This document shows positions 52,241-64,000 of a stretch of 64,000 nucleotides of DNA, one piece after another (the stretch's first letter is position 1; every line of letters starts with the position of its first letter). The stretch covers positions 1-64,000 of the forward strand of contig ADNK01002458.1 in assembly GCA_000320545.1 (NCBI GenBank), in the 5' to 3' direction. Made by a program: the position numbers and the translations under genes. The notes beneath the pieces were generated by a model. That model did no database searches, was not told where the DNA came from, and saw only the letters and a program-made list of their open reading frames with translations. Source of the DNA: Bigelowiella natans CCMP2755. Taxonomy: Eukaryota; Protista; Cercozoa.

Positions 52241-54946
52241 ATGGAAAACAAAATGAGCAACGACCAGAGCTCAGGCTCAAGCAAGTAAGTTTCGTCTGTT
52301 CGAGTAACATAGAAGAAGAAGAAGACAACCGCGATAACAAATTAGAATATATTACAATCAATAAAATACAGCAAAAGCGTGTCTCATTCCAGTGTTTTAA
52401 TCTTTCTTATCGCTAAAAAAGAAATCGACGAGAGAAGCGCAACAGATAGCTACGCCTCCATGTTCAGCACACCAGAGGAGGAGGAAGATGAATTCTTGTT
52501 GACCGTTATAAATCCGTTCCATTTTATGAGTGCGACAATGATATTTTCTCGATAAAGCATGCAGCTTTTTGACCACGTACAGCTGTGCTCCTGGAAAAGA
52601 GAACATCGCACTTCGATCTTCCATTCAGACTTAAAGTGGGAAATGGTTGCTGAAACGGTGTGATTTTCTACGAAGAAATACTGATCTATTTTGGAACAGC
52701 GACAACGTTTATTGCAAGAAATCAAAGCACAACCGGCACTCATCTCAGTGGAGAAAGAATGGCTGATGACCCCCAGGAACCCTTGGACAAGTTCGGCTTT
52801 GGTGATCTAATATCAAAAGAATTGTGTTTGAGAGGTACTTTTTCTCAGAGCCATCATCAGGCGAAAAGGTGGTTTTAATCTCCAAGACTACATGAGAATC
52901 AGACAGGTGAGTAAGGGAAGATGGTCTCTCATTCCCAGCAGCCACTCATTCTAGCCGTTGATTTTACGAAGGCGGATTACTCTCGATTCGAAGATTTCTC
53001 ACAAAACGTATACAAATTGATATCAGGAAGTCGAGAATCTTGCTAGAGAAGAATCTAGATTGCAAGAGGGTAAAAGGAAAATCGATTTGGTCACCACACT
53101 CCCACCCAAGCACAAGGAGAAAGACCACGAACGAAATGATCGTCTTTCTTCATCAACCACCCCAAGCACAGGGAGCGACGTTCTTCAACAGGTAATCAGA
53201 ACATTTATGTTCAAGAAACTTGACCAAAAGGATTGTGTCGTTGGGAAATTGTTTACATCTGCTTAGCTCGAGGCTGTAGGGAGCATGCTGCTAAAAAAAC
53301 TGGAGGCTTTTGGAATTCGGTGTGATATAGCTATCAGATTATAACAACTAACTCGGACAAACATCGGCAAACATGCTGTCACTAGTTTTCAACGATTTGT
53401 TATCCTGGATATATCATTTACTAATGTAGTGATTCTAATAGAGGCTATTATGTGCACAGATATCAATGCGATGCAACAGTCAAGTTTGGGATGTCAGAGA
53501 TAAGACAAGCATTTTGCAAATCACGGGCACGAGTACTTACAACATAAAATGTTACCCTTGTTTTCTGTTGATTCATTTTGCAAACATTGTTAGTGGAAAT
53601 CAGCGTACGAAAATGCTACCAAAGAGATTGGGGACCTTTCAAAGACACTCGAAATCCAGGTAGAACATCGTTCCTGCTATTATTCTATTTTTTTTACCAT
53701 ATGTATATATTTGTATGCACATACATATTTAAGTTTGTGCGCATGGAAATAAAAAGGAGTCCAAATTTAAGAATACGCTCAAAGAACTTACGAATTCACA
53801 TGAGGAGGTAGTAGTTTTGATGAGATTGTCTACTCCTTTCCGTTGAGGCAGCAAAATGCATGATGCAGAGTCTTTGTCTACCAGCAATACGCATTGCCTT
53901 CTACATATACCACAGGAAAAACTCAAGTTTCATAAAGAAGCAGAAGCTGCGAGAGCCAAATACCTCATCAGCCTGAAGAAGGTACAACTTGGTAAATTAA
54001 GAATCAAAGCGTAGGCAACTTGCGATGTGAAAGAAAACAAATTTAATGAGTGAATCCAGCGATGTGCCAACACAGCAACTATCTTCCTCATTCCTACAAA
54101 ATCTATGTTTGATGAACGACTATACTACTCGTAGGTCAAATCTACAGATAAAAAAAGTCGGGACTCGGATTTGAAGGTAACGAAGTTGTGTGTGGTTTTA
54201 TCGTCTTCTTACACTGCTACTCCTACACCATTATCATTATGATCATATTGAGATCAACGTTTTTACAACTGCTAAAGGTGATACTGATGGCAATGCTGTT
54301 TCATATCACATTTATTTAGGAGTTGGAGGCAAAAATGAAGGAGGAGCACGAGCAGAGCATGAAGAGTCTCGAAGCTAAACTGAAAAGTGACTACGAAGAC
54401 CAAATAAAGCAGGTATGAGTGTTGGTGGTTGAACGATGGAGCTGCTTCTTCTTCAAAACAGAGAGTGTTTGATGCATGTATTTCCGGTCATTTGGGAGAC
54501 GACATGAAAGTAGGTTTTAATCTGTAGATTCGAGTGTATTGTTGAGCACTAAGATGTGCCGGAGAAGACGAAATGAATTGCAAAAATAATGGTGAATGTC
54601 TAGATCCAAGCTGAATGTGCAGAGAAACTTCGCAAAGAGCAAGAAACGAATACAGAGAAACTTCGTAAAGAGCGAGAGGAGAATTCAAAGGCAATCCTTT
54701 TTTTCACACAGACTCATATAAATTCTACTCGGTGTTTGAGCTGTTGTTGGCCTTGAAAATCATCGTGCTTGTACTTGCTTCTCCTCCCCCTGATAATTTG
54801 CCACTCTTCCCACAATTAGAAATCTCAGAGAATCTCAGCGCAGTTGGTGCAGCTTGAAGACCAAGCTGGGAAGGTATTTTATCTTGCTGTATGCAATCAT
54901 TAAAAATGCTAATAGCATGAAATATATTAAGATATGCGTTGTTCGT

Positions 54947-54979
<33 letters not shown>

Positions 54980-56238
54980 TACCCTGCTGTTAATACTTGA
55001 TTCATTCGTATAGGAGATGCATATTATTGTTCTCACATTTGATTAAGAAGGTGCCTTCTCCCCATTCAATTCCTTTTGTCTATTGTTAGATGCTGAAGCG
55101 AAAATCTGAGAAGCTAGCCACAGCTCTCACACGTGTGAAGGAGCTCGAAGACGCTCTGGCAAAACTACACGAAACGTATGATGATGCACTGTTATCAGTC
55201 GAGGAAGTATTGCTATCAGCACCAGCCTACAATCTGCGTTCACTAATTTAGGTGCTCATCGGGACAAAAAGAGATCCGCAACAAACTTGCTGAAGAACGA
55301 AAAAAGGTATTATTATTCTTCGAGGGATGAAGCCTCAATCGACTGTGTTTTGTCTTAACTTTAAATGTTTCATCTTCTTCTTCTGTTTCTTCTTCTTCTT
55401 CTTCCCACGATTACATCAAATCGACCATTGAATACGCTCGTAGGTGGTGGATTGATAGATATAAATATTGATCTTTTCTCTTTCCCTATCATTTGAATGG
55501 GATTCTTCATCATTATCATGACAGACTAGAGCCGCATCGAAACAAGCCGATTTATTGAAGGATAGACTGGAAGCACAGACCAAGTAATGTCTGCCAGAGA
55601 ATACTATTAGCAATTCAATATTCGCTGCTTTGGTAACACAATATCTGAATAATTAGGGAGGAGAGAAAGAGGAGAGAGAGTGAAGCTACCGCTGCTGAAA
55701 AACTGGCCGAGCAACTAAAGGCCTGGACTCTGAATCTTGACATGACTTAACGAAAAAACATATGTGGTGACATTCGATCTTTCCTCTTCTTTCTCAGATT
55801 CTTGATCAAAGGCGAAAGGACGAGACCAAACGTCTAAAACAGAAGTACCGCGCAAGCAACGAATTCATTTTAATATGAGTAAAAGTGGTGAACCAGCTCA
55901 TCCTCCTTCTTGTAGGCACCAAGAAGAGCTGAACATGATTCATGAAAAGATTCAACACGGTATTGCAAAAAACAGAGTATACACGATAATTCCATCATCA
56001 TCAGTATGAATAACTTATTCTATTTAACAGTCATAGAAGGAAAAGACACTCAAATTCGCTCCTTCCAGAAACAAGCTGAACGGCTAAAGCTGAAGGTCTC
56101 AATATTTCGTGGATTTCGCACAAACTCAGAAAAGTGCTCACTATCTGTTGGCATATTAATCATTCTCTACGTTATGTGTTGACAATCCAGGTCGTAAAAC
56201 TCGAACAGTATCTTCTTGCGCAGAAGGACAATTTATGA
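52241..56238 (+). CDS. Long coiled-coil protein with a C-terminus resembling CEP131/AZI1; many short exons
   Basis: Glu/Lys-rich heptad exons such as ELEAKMKEEHEQSMKSLEAKLKSDYEDQIKQ. The terminus HQEELNMIHEKIQH|VIEGKDTQIRSLQKQAERLKLK|VVKLEQYLLAQKDNL* resembles the CEP131 C-terminus. Confidence 0.55.
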
Positions 56239-57213
56239 CGAATCGTACACCCACGAATATCTACTGCCAGTATTATGTCCGTGAACATGTTCTAGTGTTG
56301 TGAATATGCGCTAATGTTGAGAAGAACTATGGTTATTGGAAGACTATACAGCAGTGCTTTATGCAATGACAGGCGTCGCCTGACTTTATAGCATGCTGGT
56401 CATGTACTCTCATAAAAAGCGAAATGAATGTATTAAATACTATCTTACAGTTGACATGTGGCAGAAGCCAACAGCCGAAGGTGAAGAGAAAAATATTTAC
56501 AACATTATTTCTATCTTTCCAACATGCAAGCAGCATGATCAAGTGTACATATAAGAGACGGATCTTACCGCCAGCAAGCAGCATGATCAAATATGCTAGC
56601 TAGCTAGTACGCACACATCTAGACATCATATGCGCTAAATGCGACATACGCATCACGTCATACTGATAAGGCTAGCAGGCTATAGCAGGTCCGCGATACT
56701 GAGTTGCGTTCAACGTACGTACGTGCTCATTTCATTGTAGCTGACAACTGCACCGCCTACTGCTAACAGGTGCCACATGGCTAGATGGCTAGATGAGGCT
56801 ACATGCGTGCACCGCAGCTTCGGGTCGAGCTGCATCAACATTTGAATACACACAATGACGCACACAAACTGCTGGGCGCACATGTGCTAGCTAGCTAGTT
56901 TGTGTGAAGCACGAGATCGAGCAGGCTACAGCTGGATATTACATACTAGCATACTAGCATACGCATATGCATCAGCTGCATGCATCAATCGCCGGACAAG
57001 ATTTCTTGCAGTCCTGCAATTGCATTAAGAGCGTGCGCTAATAATGCCTGCTGCACACATGAAACTTGCGTTTTGCGATGTTGCTTTCCAATGTTTTACA
57101 TGTTCATTTTCCTGTAGTTGTTCCGTGCTTCATTTGGCGAAATATGGATGTGCATGCATGCTGCTCTATCTATGCCACTTTAGGATTTTTGTGACAACTA
57201 CAGTGTTGCTAAC

Positions 57214-57625
57214 CTAAGACGTATTAGTCGGATTGACTTCCAGTATTTGCGGTAGCTCTACTCGCCTATATTCATCGGGAAGCTCAAACATCGATTGGGG
57301 TACCTAAAGATAACAACGACGAAGATGAAGAAGAAGATGATGATAATAACAAATTTGAAATCTATTTCCGTTTTGCCTTTCGATCGAGGCAGCATGTGGC
57401 GACTAATAGGACATATGGACGACGTTCATAGTAGAACTCTCAAAGACTAATCATGCAACTATGGTTGAATGCAATAATAAGTTTCCGTAGAAGCAAAAGC
57501 AATGATTCTTTGTGCAGCCAGCGGGGGGAAAGTAGTGAGTTACACAAAAGAAATTCTGTGACAGAATCCGATAAAATGGGATATAGTTTGTTGTTGCACA
57601 TAGTGGTAGTTGAGTGTAGAGCTAT

Positions 57626-57656
<31 letters not shown>

Positions 57657-57806
57657 GCCAATGGTAAGCAACCATTTCAGTGCCAATGTCACATTCTGCG
57701 AAAGTCACATCCGCAGATATTGTAGGGAAGACTGGCAGAGTCAACTTAATCGGAAACCCCTCTATGGATAAGGAATAAGGAGGAGTGGTGGGGTCGTGAG
57801 GATGAT

Positions 57807-57848
<42 letters not shown>

Positions 57849-57964
57849 GGGGGAGGAGGAGGAGGAAAGGAGGAGGGACTAGCACAACATTAAACGCTAT
57901 GATGACGAGGAGCCATGTATCGAGCGAGCCGGAGGTGATCATTTCTCGCAGAATATCCATTCCC

Positions 57965-57995
<31 letters not shown>

Positions 57996-59952
57996 CAGTG
58001 TTTGTACAGGAGGTGTAGTAGTAACATGTTGCTGCACGCATCCTCAATTCACAGTAGTACCTGGCATCTTGACAGTAAGAAAATTACGTAGCTTACTGAT
58101 GTTTGGATGGTGTGGTGCAACCTATATCATAATTATCATCATTATCATCATCATCATCATCACCATACCGATGGCGAAGGAAGACATGAGCTCTACAAAT
58201 AGGTGCTACATCCATTCTAATAAGTTGTGTAAAGCGCTCACAGGCGCGCACACACACACAAACACACAAATACACAAACACACACCACATGCGACGATGC
58301 ACGTAATGCGCACGTACCAGATCTAGCAGGGTAACGACCATGTTCTTGGTAATGGGAAAATCGTCTATACCGAGCAACAATCAATCAATGTGTCAAGATG
58401 ACGATGATGATGATGATGATGATGATAATGACGATAGTGATATGATGATGATGGAAGTAGTACTGCTATTGATTCTAAGCTTCCTCCCTCTTTTGCTACT
58501 TCTTCTTCTTCTTCTAATCTGTCCTTTTTATCATCAATCTCACATGGACGACTGACTACTGGCGAGATGAGTTATTGCATACCACACATATGGATCTCCG
58601 GTTTAACTTCACGTGTGTTTGACTCCACGATCCTCCTCCTACTCAATGCCTCTATTGCCTGTTGTTTGATTGCAGAGCTCATTAGGGGAGGGAGAGACGT
58701 TCTGGTGGTGGGCCGTGTGGAAATAATACGCCAAAAACGAGGGTCTTGATTAAGCTTTTTTCTAACAAATGGTGATCCACGCAGATGTGAGATGATCAAC
58801 ATCAACTTACTTGCTCTCTAGCCTTCTTTAGTTGTTTCTGTTTTTGTTTGTCATTTCTGGTGCTAACAGTAGTAGAGGGGCTGCTGCTGCTGCTGCTGCT
58901 GCTCTCGCCGTTAACTCCGACATCAGTGGCTCCCATCATCCGTCCTTCTACTAGTCCCACGTCGCTGCTCGCATACTTGAGATAGGTATCCATCTGCCTC
59001 TTGGAGGGGGGATGGGGAGGGGTAAGCGAATCGTGTGGCTCAAAGTCGCTGTCATCATTGTCTTCTTCGTCACTGCCTTCTTCTTCTTCTTCTTCTTCTT
59101 CTTCTTCTTCGTTATTGGGGTTGTTGCCAATGTATTGCTTCGAGTTCACGCCTTGGAGTAGCATGAAAGCAGCAAGTGTGAAAAGGACAACGACGATCAG
59201 CACACACACACACACACACACACACACGTTCATACAAACGAGGAAGTAGAATGGAGGAAAAAGTGAGGAGATGATCAGAGGAAAGAGTCAGAGGAATGAG
59301 AAGACAGCACTGCCAGCTTTCAATGATACATGAGTGATAATTGCGCGCACACACACAAACCTCTCTTTCCAGTCCTCTCCTCCTCATCTCTTTCTAACAG
59401 TTTCTGGAGGAGAGATGAGAGTCAGTGAGTGAGGGGGAGATTGAGAGAAAGAGAGAGAGAAATAATGAAAACAAAATATCCCATTCCTTGTTGAATTTGG
59501 TAGACAACCTCATTTTCCTCTTCTTCTTCTTCCTCCTCAGCCTTTGCTTTGGCTTCACTGGATACGATTAAATATCTCCCTCACAACAATCGATACAATT
59601 CAATTCAATTCGTTGGAATCACAGAACAAACTGACGGCAGCAGCAGCTAGTACACTGCTTTGTGTTGTAAATGGAGGAACTTGCACACTTTCCCTCCCCC
59701 TTCCCCTACTCCTCCTCCTCATCATCATTATCATCGTCATCATTCTCATCATTATGCGGCAGGAAGAATCTTACCGAAGATGTTGCGTCAATTCTGTGGC
59801 GGAAGTCGGTCCATTTGAATTCTCCTTGAACGCCTTAATGACGCGTGATCATGATAACATTATTCTCCTCCTCCTCCTCATCATCATGTTGTACGATATT
59901 AGCACCACCATCATCATAACTCCTCCTCCTCCTCCTCCTCCTCCTCCTCCTG

Positions 59953-59986
<34 letters not shown>

Positions 59987-60591
59987 GCACCTTGATCTCT
60001 TCCGAGCTCATATGCTCCATACGTAGTGTCTGTTGCAAAACAATAATACGCCAACAACAACAACAACAACAACGCAGTCGTAAGAACAACCTTAACATCG
60101 TCATCATCATCATCATTGTCGATCTAAATGCTTCTCCTCCTACTACTACTACTACTACTACTACGACTACTCTCGTTCCATCCTCCTCCTCCTTCCTCCC
60201 CCTCCTCCTCCTACTACTCATGTTCGCTGTTTGAATGTATTATTATTAGTAGTAGTAGTAGTAGCGGTAGTTAGTTGCTGGTACGTGTAAGATCTGAAGC
60301 TTGAGCACGTTAAAGACTCTCGTGTCATAGTTGCCGACTTTGCCAGTCTAATGATGATCATTTTATCGATAAAATAATAATAATATGATACTCATTTCTT
60401 CGTGCTGCTTGCACACGTGTGTATCGATAAGGAGGAGGAGGGGGAGGAGGAGGAGGAGGAGGAGGAGAAGGAGAGGAAGGGGACTTCGTGAAGCAGCAGA
60501 GCAGAAGAATACAACCCACCTTTTCCGACGTGAATATCATGCCGCTAGTAGCTCTTTGGAATTGCAAGTGACCTTGATGAAACGGTGATGA

Positions 60592-60624
<33 letters not shown>

Positions 60625-60884
60625 AACGATGCCGTCAGCTCTGCTGCTATTATTGTGTTTTTATTGTTATTGTTGTCGTTATCATCATCGTCGCTATTAT
60701 CACAACCAATCCATATAATTGCTATGACTCTATCTTTCTAAAGTTGCTCGCTCTTGCTTTTTTCTTAGCAGCATTGTGCGACAGTGAGAGTAGTAAGAAT
60801 TGTAGCAAATGATAGCAAGCAGGACCAGGAATAAAAGTCCTTTGGTTTGGATTGCTCATAAAGGCAGATACCTAGAGAGAAGTG

Positions 60885-60915
<31 letters not shown>

Positions 60916-61267
60916 GAGGAGGAGGAGGAGGAGGAGGAGGAGAAGGAGGAGGAAAAAAAGAGAAGAAGAGATCATTGAAGCAGCAGGTTCTATCATCGTT
61001 GTTATACTTTATCTCATTTTTATCTCATTGTTATCAATATCAGAGCAGTATTAGATTCTCATCACCATCACCTCCTTATCTATGATCTTCTCCCAATGCT
61101 TTCCCATTTTTTCCTTCTTAAGCCTATCGTTTTGCTGCCCCCCACCCCCTCCTCCTTGTATGACAGCGTATGTCTTAGCCTCATTGTTCATTAAGAGGCC
61201 ACTAAACTGCTTTCCACGTCGGAAGTTAAATAGGAATGCGATGTTTCCTCTAAATAATGTTTATGAA

Positions 61268-61306
<39 letters not shown>

Positions 61307-61708
61307 TGCGAGGGTGGCTGGTTTCTGGTTGCGCGAGCAACTTGTAAATAGCGTCATCATCATTGTCATTATCATCATCATCATCGTCATCATCATCGAT
61401 ATAGTGATTGTGGTGCTCAGAAATGCCATCCAATTGGGCATGCAGCTATCGAGAAAGAAACACGAATAAAAATGTTATTGAAACATAGGTGCAGCTTGGT
61501 GATGTTACTGCATGTCCAAATGAATGTTATTTAATCTACAACGCCGTCGCTACTCGACTGATAATTGAGCTCGGAGCTCATCATTTGGTTCATAATTCAT
61601 ACCGCTGCCAGCGAAAAGATTTGAGGCCGATTAACGTAGCTTGCACACGCACCGAGTTCCCTGCTCACCACCAGAAAGCAGCAGTCGGTCCTCGTGATAA
61701 TACATGAT

Positions 61709-61749
<41 letters not shown>

Positions 61750-62196
61750 AACATATGCGCTCTTCTTCCGCTCAAGATGATGCACGTCTCAGCGCTGATA
61801 GATAGCAACAACCTCTCTTCCAGATTTGAATTGTATCAGAAGGGCAAAACGATGACAAGAACGGAATCCAAGACCTAAGAGCAACAACAACAACAACAAG
61901 TAGAAGCTGACAATGAGACCTCATTCCTAATGCATCGTTCAGGCAAAGATGCGCTATGACAGCTGACTGACTGACTAAGTGAGTGAGTGAGTGAGTGATC
62001 GCCTTCTGCTGCTACTGCTGCTCAATTGCCACACTACTGCAACAACAGCAGCCACAACGATTTTCTGCTGCTAATACAACTACCCACTACTACTCACCGA
62101 AAACGCCAATCAAGACGGATGTAGAGGTCCTGCGTCGTGTGATTGATAATAGACCAGAATGAGGATGATGATGAGGAGAAAGGATATGTCAACGAT

Positions 62197-62237
<41 letters not shown>

Positions 62238-62631
62238 CAAGTAGGTGGTGGCATACTAAGACAAAATACTCATCATCGAGCACTGATATGTGGAAAGGGA
62301 AAGGAAAGAGGATGATGATGATGATGATGAAATGATGGGCATCACACCTTGAGCCTCTCGACGCTTTCTCGGATTTGAGTGGCCCTTACTCGGATATCAT
62401 CGCCAACCTAGGAATCAGACGACAATTACGATGTTTTGGATGATAATGACTGTAAAGGATAAGTATAGCACAAGTAGCAGTATACAAATGCCGATTATAT
62501 CAAAGATGGCGTGTACCTGTTTCTTAGCTTCAGACCAGAGAATTCGAATGTTGTCTGATATATTATTGCGTAGTATATTTGAAAATCAAATTGGAAGACG
62601 ATGGAATGATACGCTGTAGTAAATAAATAAA

Positions 62632-62675
<44 letters not shown>

Positions 62676-62940
62676 TATAATATGCTTGCTTGGGATGTGA
62701 TATATGTATCAGAATCCTACCATCATTTTGTCCCAAATGTGGCATTCATGATCAATACTTAGTACTACCGAAATTTCCATAGCTGATAGCTTCATTTAGG
62801 GCAGACCAGCCTTCTTTATTTCCTTTCGAAAAGAAGTTGTGTATTTTTTCCTAACGTTCCCGTGTTGGTCCTCCTCACCGTCACTCAAAAGTGTCTTCAT
62901 GTGCAATGAAAAACCTTACGCTCTCACGCGCGCGCGTGCG

Positions 62941-62990
<50 letters not shown>

Positions 62991-64000
62991 ATTTGTAGCC
63001 AGGGAGCTGATTATTCTCTTTACTGTATGCAGAAGAGCATGGTAGTAGTAGTAGTAGTAGCAGTAGTAGTAGTAGTAGTATGTTCACTTACTTTGTTTGA
63101 TTTTAGCTCCATGCTTAATCAAAATGATGATGCATTCGGTTCGGCCTAACATCGCGGCTAGCACTAGCGCCGTGTTTCCATAGCTAAACCGGTTTGTTAT
63201 ATATAGATTAATGTTAGGAGGAACATTCTAATTTTGAGAAATCAAAAATATATCGAGAAGGGGCGACCTATCTTGAGAGTTAACATCATATTTTTGCTCT
63301 TCCAATAGTTTCTGGATTAGCAGGCGTAGAGGCAATAAATAGCGGATGTGAAGAAATGACCAATCATACATGATTTTTGTGCAATGACGGCTGTCTACTA
63401 CAGTAAGTTCTGCTACCACCTTGAGAGACTTGGCATCATTCTCACAAACCATCCTGTGCATTCGTAGCGTGCGCTGATATTCGCGAGGAAAAATTGACAC
63501 GGAAACACAAAACGACGATTTATCATGGTCATAGGTCCATTTTTTCCCCTTGCCATCATCGTCGTGGTCTTGCAGAGGTGCCTTTACTAGGTAGCGATCA
63601 ATCTCCTAAGGTGCAGCAAAGGTAATGACAACGACGATGACGACGACAGGGCTAGTTGTTAAGATTTGTGCGTGCTCTGCATCACTCCTGCCAAAGGAAC
63701 GATGAGGAAATAAGGAGGGTATTTTATGTGTCTGCCCTTGTGGTGTTGCTCATCATGGTGGTACAAAAACAACAACCGAAAATGCCCTGAAATCGTAGAC
63801 GTCTTTTGATTCAAGAAGCAGCTCTTTTTTCTTCCCAGATTTCAAAGCTGCGCCGTCGACGAGATCGATACTCACTGTAACCTTTGATATTGATATGATG
63901 GCGCATATATTAGAGTTCGAAATGAAGTAGAAATTCAGCACATACAACTTACCAATGGGTAGGGGACAACAACATCGTTTTCATCTTCATCCAGGGTGCC
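57214..64000 (-). CDS. ANKRD13-family protein (ankyrin repeats plus GPCR-chaperone domain); 5' end outside window
   Basis: Exons give GNTALVLAAMLGRTECIIILIKHGA, NKEGWSALNEAISYGN, DLYIRLDWRFR|SWIPFLSSFCPSDTIQIWKR|GNSVRVQATLIGLKSFRWQR|GNIAFLF, RMEHMSSEEIK, DDFPIT, GFPIKLTLPVFPTISADVTF and MFELPDEY. These match ANKRD13 motif order. Confidence 0.88.

Noticed and set aside
17766-64000. Functional cluster of ubiquitin-related genes (HECT, SPRTN, ANKRD13, UBL-containing proteins)
   Set aside because: Ubiquitin-system genes are very common in eukaryotes, and there is no evidence of co-regulation or conserved synteny from this window alone.

Overview
Gene-dense eukaryotic nuclear DNA with many short GT-AG introns, often filled with microsatellites. 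A bipartite plastid leader plus this intron style suggests a secondary-plastid alga such as a chlorarachniophyte (inference only). Manual splicing gives about 11 genes, in order: presenilin-like (+, 5' truncated), FHA-like/PP2C phosphatase (-), small SERF-like protein (-), ELYS/AHCTF1-like nucleoporin (-), DUF2358-SOUL heme-binding protein (+), CstF-64/RNA15 (-), giant multidomain HECT E3 ligase (+), ankyrin protein (-), SprT/Spartan protease (+), USP-UBL-like orphan (-), CEP131-like coiled-coil protein (+) and ANKRD13-like (-, 5' truncated). I saw no rRNA, tRNA, CRISPR array or intact transposase. The strongest unexplained signal is in intergenic DNA. TpA is almost absent except inside CTAG, CpG is retained, and repeat copies differ by reciprocal CA/TG changes. 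This suggests a targeted TpA->CpA/TpG mutation process with polarity opposite to fungal RIP. Second is a presenilin whose GxGD catalytic motif reads RFAN, a likely pseudoprotease. Third is a ubiquitin-like domain inserted in ELYS. All exon boundaries and counts were made by eye.
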